Positions 58,611 through 64,000 of a stretch of 64,000 nucleotides of DNA are shown here, one piece after another. Source of the stretch: Thermoproteota archaeon. Its GTDB lineage: Archaea > Thermoproteota > Thermoprotei_A > Sulfolobales > Ignisphaeraceae. The stretch spans positions 209,691-273,690 of the forward strand of contig JAUQPB010000003.1 in NCBI GenBank assembly GCA_030550585.1. Direction: 5' to 3'. The translations under genes were made by a program, and so were the position numbers. Under the pieces are notes generated by a model. It searched no databases, was not told the origin of the DNA, and was given only the letters and a program-made list of their open reading frames with translations. Position 1 is the first letter of the stretch. Every line of letters starts with the position of its first letter.

Positions 58611-59650
58611 ACCACACACATCCACATACTTCTAGAGTTGCATACCTCTATAGGAATATAAAAGCTTTGAGATCTGGAGAAACCACTTGGATAACTATCT
58701 ACATGATCTATACACCATACTATATAATCAAAGCCAATACCGTTGTATCGATGATTTGCATACATATAATACAATCTCGTAATGCAACTACGAATAAATT
58801 TGTCTGTGCATTGTTCGATACACTAGTATATCGACTAGATTAGTAGCTAATACTCAAAGATCATTCTATTGCTTTACAAAAAATACATTCAATTGAAATG
58901 ACATAGCCTCTGGCCTTGGGATCTGAAGCAAGAAAGCTATATCAAACGGGTTATAGCCCAAGACATTAAAATATCGAAATATGCTGAATATTATGAGAAT
59001 TACTAACATAATGAAGTGTTATGATGATCAATATTGAAATATGTACACTATCTGTATTGAAATAAAGCGAACCAGTTGGTGTATAGGTAAGTCGATCAGC
59101 TGGTACACCTAGTAGCTAGTTATCTAGCTATCCCCAGAACCACCTCAACTAATTTGGAACCCTAAACGCTTTGAGCTAGTAGCGTGGCATCTAGCACTTG
59201 TAAATTAGCGTTTTTGAGACATTTGTTTTGCAACTGGATTTGATAAGGAATTGATTGGAGCTGTTCATGCGATGTTTCCAATTTTGAGATAGAGGAAAAC
59301 AGCGTATATACACCCCATGCAGCATATAGACTCTATTGGATTTCATCAGCCTATGGAGTCTCGTAAAACTGCTTAACTTTACTGGCTGAAAGTTAAGCAC
59401 CACTTAACTACACCATCAACCAGCAAAAGCCCCACAAAACCCGCAGGAAATCTTCACAGACTCTCATCAGCTTCATCAAACCTAAGGAGAGTCTTGAGCC
59501 CAAGATGGTACTCTCAGAGATGTTTGTATCCAAACCAGCCCATGCACATCTCCATAGATCAATTTTCATTAAAAGATATATATACCAGACCTGCTAGCCA
59601 CAATACGTAGGGTAAGAAATAGTTAGTAAGATGGCTATGGATGGATTTGT

Positions 59651-61069
59651 ATGAGCATAGATTCAGAGCAAAGCACTATTCCACGGAACTATGTTTTTGG
59701 TGACGAGGTTCTAGATCAGCTGCTTGCAGGGGGTATAGAGCCGGGGTCTCTGATACTGGTTCTCGGGCACCCTGGTGCGGGAAAATCAACTTTTGCTACA
59801 CGTATAGTCTTCGAGAATGTTATGAGGTATAACATAAAAGGTGTTTATCTGAGCTTTGCTGAGACAAAAGCCAAGTTCTACTCCTATATGAGGAGATTCA
59901 ACATAGATCTGGAGCTGGCAGAGAAGAAACAGCTGTTCGAATTTGTGCAAATGCTTACTATGAGCGGGAAAGACCTTCTAGACTTTACTGTTTCGACCTT
60001 GGGCCAAAAGGTTCTTGGTGAGGGCTACTCGATTGCTGTTGTAGACTCGATAACACCGATACTAAATGTTCTGACAACAGATGAGGCTAGAGCGTTTCTA
60101 CACTCAACGCTATACAACCTAGTGTCTAACACCAACGCTCTTCTCATCTTGATTGCTGACCTCCCATTTGCAGTAGAGACAGTTGATTTGAGGGGTCTTG
60201 AGTTCATAGCTGATGCTGTATTTGTTTTTAAGACAAGGATTGAAAAAGGATTGATACACAGATTCATGGAGATTAGAAAGTTTAGGGGAAAACCAATTCC
60301 AATGGCTGAAATACCGTTCTCCATAGAGGACGGCAGAGGTGTAAGAATGTTGCTATCGCCAACAGTGATACAACCACCATATACAGCCTCTGTAACAAGC
60401 TATAGCGATGAGTGTAGCAACTTGGTTTGGAGAGGGCTTGCCTCTGGAAGCTATGTAGGTGTGGTAGCAACATGTAACGTTATACCATTAACATTTTGGG
60501 CACTTCTAGCAAGAATTGTCTTTAGCTATGGAGCAAACTATGGGATTATATCATTTAGAGACTCGCCAGAGAACATAAAGAACATTCTACGCAATGCTGC
60601 TGGCCTCATGAAAATACCGCCACACTACATTTTGAATAAGGCGGCATTCATTGAAAGTATTCATCCTGCTGCATATTCAACACAGCAGCTAGAGACCATT
60701 ATACGCAATTACATTGATAGCAATATCCAGATCCTTGTATTAGATGGAATCGAATCTCTATATCTATACTACGACCCTATACTTGTTGACAGAATGCTCA
60801 AATCCATATCGATGTACGTCAAATCCAGCCCGTCAGTAATGTTTGAGCTTGTGGACAACATATACACACAGTCACAAACAATGCGATACGACATTATACA
60901 CAAGATTTTATGTGATCAGGAGAAGCTTCTACACAGCGCCACAACCACAAGGACATCAACATCCTATCTAAGAACCCCAAGCTACATAGTAAAGGTGTAT
61001 GATGATGACCTAGCTAAATGCATTGAAACACATCCTTTCACCGTTCCATCAACTTCTCAAAGTGGCTGA
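59651..61069 (+). CDS. KaiC-like RecA-superfamily ATPase, two domains (second degenerate)
   Basis: GHPGAGKST, AVVDS, EFIADAV and IRKFRG; the C-terminal domain lacks Walker A but keeps LVLDG. Confidence 0.88.
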   Translation: MSIDSEQSTIPRNYVFGDEVLDQLLAGGIEPGSLILVLGHPGAGKSTFATRIVFENVMRYNIKGVYLSFAETKAKFYSYMRRFNIDLELAEKKQLFEFVQMLTMSGKDLLDFTVSTLGQKVLGEGYSIAVVDSITPILNVLTTDEARAFLHSTLYNLVSNTNALLILIADLPFAVETVDLRGLEFIADAVFVFKTRIEKGLIHRFMEIRKFRGKPIPMAEIPFSIEDGRGVRMLLSPTVIQPPYTASVTSYSDECSNLVWRGLASGSYVGVVATCNVIPLTFWALLARIVFSYGANYGIISFRDSPENIKNILRNAAGLMKIPPHYILNKAAFIESIHPAAYSTQQLETIIRNYIDSNIQILVLDGIESLYLYYDPILVDRMLKSISMYVKSSPSVMFELVDNIYTQSQTMRYDIIHKILCDQEKLLHSATTTRTSTSYLRTPSYIVKVYDDDLAKCIETHPFTVPSTSQSG

Positions 61070-61074
61070 AGATA

Positions 61075-62226
61075 ATGCCAGACGTGTATTATGAAGTTGA
61101 AGATAGTGAAATATATGTAGTTAAAAAAGAGCAGAAAGAGCCTCTAGCCCTGCTGGGCGTAACTTGGGTTGGTTTCGAGCTTCGTAGCCATGTTGTAGGA
61201 GGGCTCCATATCAGAAACTGGCTTGAGATACTGCAAACGGTGAAAGACCTTGGCTTCAACGCGATAAGAATACCGTTTTGCTCTGCCTCTGTCAGACCAA
61301 GGGTTTTTCCACATATTCGCTCGATAAACTACGCTCTTAACCCAGATCTCCTAGGTCTGGACTCTCCCACAATACTAGAGAAGATCATTGCAAAAGCAGC
61401 TGAGCTTGGCCTCTACGCGCTTCTGAATTTCCATAGCATCAGCTGTGTTGTTATGGAGCCTCTTTGGTACACACCATTGTTTAGTGAAGAGGATTTCATA
61501 TCCACTTGGGTTTCCATTGCAAAAAGATATGGGAGATACTGGAATGTCATAGGTGCAGAACTCCTCAATAATCCGCATGGTAGAGGCCCTAGACAGGAGT
61601 ACTATACAAGAGGAGATTCAGCTACTTGGGGTGTTGGCAATACCAAAACAGATTGGAACTTAGCCGCTGAGAGAGTGGGCAAGGCGATCTTAGAGGTTGC
61701 TCCCCACTGGCTGATAGTTGTCAAGGGCACTCAATTCACGAATCCCAAATCAGATGATGTGAAGCACTACCCAGACTCTACATATTGGGGCGAGAATCTC
61801 AGAGCGGTGAAAGACTATCCAGTTAATCTACCGAGAAACAAGCTGGTGTACGGAGTAAATACCTATGGCCCTGACATGTATGTCCAAGACTATTTCAACG
61901 ATCCAAGCATCTTCCCGGAGAATCTCCATGTCATATGGGATCAGAACTGGGGCTATGTCAAAAAGCAACTGCGATACCCCGTGGTCATAACTGAGTTTGG
62001 TGGTAAGTGTGGCGATGGCGATCCCAGGGATGCTGTGTGGCATGAGAAATTCATTGAGTATCTAATTGAAAATAACTTTTGCCAGTGGTTCTATCTAGCG
62101 CTGAACCCCGAGCATGTTGAAACAGGTGGTCTTCTGAAAAACGATTGGAGAACTGTTAAAGAGAATAAATATGCTCTTTTGAAGAGGCTTATGGAGTATT
62201 GTAGAAGCAGGTATTCAAAGGCATAG
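61075..62226 (+). CDS. GH5 endoglucanase homolog with no signal peptide and a mutated acid/base residue
   Basis: LGFNAIRIPF, EPLWY, WNLAAER, WGENL and ITEFGG; NEP is replaced by NNP. Confidence 0.88.
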   Translation: MPDVYYEVEDSEIYVVKKEQKEPLALLGVTWVGFELRSHVVGGLHIRNWLEILQTVKDLGFNAIRIPFCSASVRPRVFPHIRSINYALNPDLLGLDSPTILEKIIAKAAELGLYALLNFHSISCVVMEPLWYTPLFSEEDFISTWVSIAKRYGRYWNVIGAELLNNPHGRGPRQEYYTRGDSATWGVGNTKTDWNLAAERVGKAILEVAPHWLIVVKGTQFTNPKSDDVKHYPDSTYWGENLRAVKDYPVNLPRNKLVYGVNTYGPDMYVQDYFNDPSIFPENLHVIWDQNWGYVKKQLRYPVVITEFGGKCGDGDPRDAVWHEKFIEYLIENNFCQWFYLALNPEHVETGGLLKNDWRTVKENKYALLKRLMEYCRSRYSKA

Positions 62227-62246
62227 AAAATACCTATAACAATTAG

Positions 62247-63305
62247 CTATGTTTCTATATCTTCAAAGTCTATGCTATATCTAAGTATTGCTATGATCCC
62301 CCCAAGCATCTTCACCCTCTCCCCAGGTGGCGACCTACCCGGAACTATAACTACTGCACCACCCTTCTCCACAACATTTCTTAGAATTGCCTCAACCTTC
62401 TCTCGATTCTCATCAAATCCCGCAAGCATGTCATCAACCACAAGAAGCTTCTCAACAGCACCTATACTAGCAGCAAGCTCCACATGGCTAAGCCCATATG
62501 CAACCCTATTAATATCTTTTGCAATGAGGTAATCAAATTCCTCAAGAATCCTAGACGCTTTCTCTATCGAGGAGTCTCTAATAATATTTCTAACAACATC
62601 TCTGTTTAGAAGTTCTTGAAGTCCCGCATACCCCCCATTAGCAACAGTATCCAAAAAAACCTTTATCCCACTATCCAGCGAGGCTATAGCGTCCCTCACC
62701 TTATTTTTCAAACTTCCTGGAGATGCCACAACAACAGCCTCAACATTATATCTGTGAGCAGCCTCAATAATTTTCTTAGCAAGCTCTGAAACAAGCTCTT
62801 TTTCAGCAGCCTCAAAATATTCATCGCTTAGAGGAAGAGAAACATTTCTCGAATCCAGAATCTTCATACCCTGCATCTGAAGAACTGCTATAGCATATTC
62901 ATCGAAATCAACAGCCACGAGCATGACATTCAATGGCCTAACAATCTTCATAACCTCGTCTAAGACCCTTGGATCCCAAAAAACCTTTTGAACAGTAATC
63001 TCATCGCCAACACCAACAGAGATTGTGTGGTGAGATCCCTTAACACCAAACCTATCAGGACCTTCAACAACTATCCCATGAATCCTAAGCCTATTTGTAA
63101 AAGGCTGAAACTCCATCTTCTCAACCCTCACAGCCAAGATCATAGGTATCCTTCTCTTCTCATCGCCAATGCTAACATCCCTCGAAGTCCTAGCCCTAAC
63201 AATATCACCTCTAGATATAATCATACTCAGAATCCATAAATCATCAAAACTATCAATACTAATACTTAAAACACCATCCCTATAATCCAAAACCTCTAGT
63301 CTCAT
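62247..63305 (-). CDS. pelA: Pelota (Dom34) ribosome rescue factor
   Basis: DDLWIL, FQPFTNRLRIHG, GSHHT, GAVEKLLV and LGGIIAILRY. Confidence 0.93.
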   Translation of the reverse strand: MRLEVLDYRDGVLSISIDSFDDLWILSMIISRGDIVRARTSRDVSIGDEKRRIPMILAVRVEKMEFQPFTNRLRIHGIVVEGPDRFGVKGSHHTISVGVGDEITVQKVFWDPRVLDEVMKIVRPLNVMLVAVDFDEYAIAVLQMQGMKILDSRNVSLPLSDEYFEAAEKELVSELAKKIIEAAHRYNVEAVVVASPGSLKNKVRDAIASLDSGIKVFLDTVANGGYAGLQELLNRDVVRNIIRDSSIEKASRILEEFDYLIAKDINRVAYGLSHVELAASIGAVEKLLVVDDMLAGFDENREKVEAILRNVVEKGGAVVIVPGRSPPGERVKMLGGIIAILRYSIDFEDIET

Positions 63306-63326
63306 CACATACCACACAAAGATAAA

Positions 63327-63647
63327 AACGGTGCACGGCCCCCACTATATGGATGTGTATTGTCTATACAAGCCAACCACACCATACCTCCCCCCGTAGA
63401 CCCGCGAACGTCGACGGCCGGGGGTTAGGCTGCTCCCTTCCGGGCCTGACCGTCCCCCCGTTAGGATGGTAGCCACCTCCCTACAGAGATGGCCCCATCC
63501 ACCGTCGACCCCACGGGGCGGGGCTCATAGCGGTGTGGTTGGCTTGTATAGACAATACACATCCATATAGCGGGTTACTGGCTCCCGCATTCGCCCATTT
63601 CGGGTCTGGGGGAGGGCGAGCCCCCCGAGCCCTACCCGTGCACCGTT
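63327..63647 (-). ncRNA. ffs: Signal recognition particle (7S) RNA
   Basis: Helix 8 GGTCAGGCCCGGAAGGGAGCAGCC, 12-bp terminal helix AACGGTGCACGG/CCGTGCACCGTT, TATA-like AAAGTTTATT about 25 nt upstream. Confidence 0.93.
63345..63570. repeat. Perfect 39-bp inverted repeat (63345-63383 and 63532-63570) inside the SRP RNA gene
   Basis: CTATATGGATGTGTATTGTCTATACAAGCCAACCACACC and its exact reverse complement. Confidence 0.95.
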
Positions 63648-63845
63648 ATAGCATTGTGTTTGTGGGCTAATAAACTTTATATGTGGTTTAAGAATCAATA
63701 CTTTGTCTAGCTAATAATTCATGTGATAGTCAAATAGGTTTAGTCTCAATAATGTTGATACTGTGTATTCTGATTTGGTTTCCATTTGCCTTTACGCCAT
63801 GTTTTTAAGCTTGTTTTCTTCTTATCTCTTTTTTCGGTGGTTTGA

Positions 63846-64000
63846 ATGGCCTGTACAAAGCCTGTTAAAGTTAAGCTGCCTGATGGTGGGGAGAAGGAGC
63901 TGGTTCCAAAGAAGGTTTGGAGCCTATCTCCAAAGGGTAGGAAAGGAGTTAAGATAGGGCTGTTCCAAGACCCAGCATCAGGAAAATACTTCAGAGCTAA
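63846..64000 (+). CDS. creN7: Chromatin protein Cren7 (runs off the window; absent from the ORF track)
   Basis: [51 protein letters not shown]. Confidence 0.95.
   Translation, partial: MACTKPVKVKLPDGGEKELVPKKVWSLSPKGRKGVKIGLFQDPASGKYFRA

Noticed and set aside
59440-59500. TGATGA/GTGAAGA words suggesting an sRNA
   Set aside because: No terminal D box; could equally be a coding remnant
63763-63957. 64-aa ORF in the track
   Set aside because: Overlaps Cren7 in another frame; Cren7 from ATG 63846 is the real gene

Overview
Crenarchaeal (Thermoproteota) chromosomal DNA, most likely Desulfurococcales or Ignisphaera-like, judged from Cren7, TIP49, L15e, pelota and an intron-containing tRNA-Met. 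Most of the window is housekeeping: LeuRS, MetRS, RNase HII, dcd, PMM, YchF, RNase P subunits, inositol-1-P synthase, Trm14, PyrH, pelota, SRP RNA, three tRNAs and nine candidate C/D-box sRNAs not in the ORF track. Accessory parts are a glycosylation/vapBC island with pseudogenes after tRNA-Pro, a type IV pilus locus and a transposase-less tnpB locus. The top leads are: (1) a VirB4/HerA-like ATPase split into two ORFs whose only possible junction contains UUU_CGU_C, a known +1 ribosomal frameshift motif; (2) a KaiC-like ATPase next to a signal-peptide-less GH5 that lacks its acid/base glutamate, a possible sugar-sensing module; (3) a ~300-bp doubly deleted miniature relative of the tnpB element; (4) a perfect 39-bp AT-richer inverted repeat forming SRP RNA helix 5. 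All family assignments come from motif recognition by eye, with no database searches.
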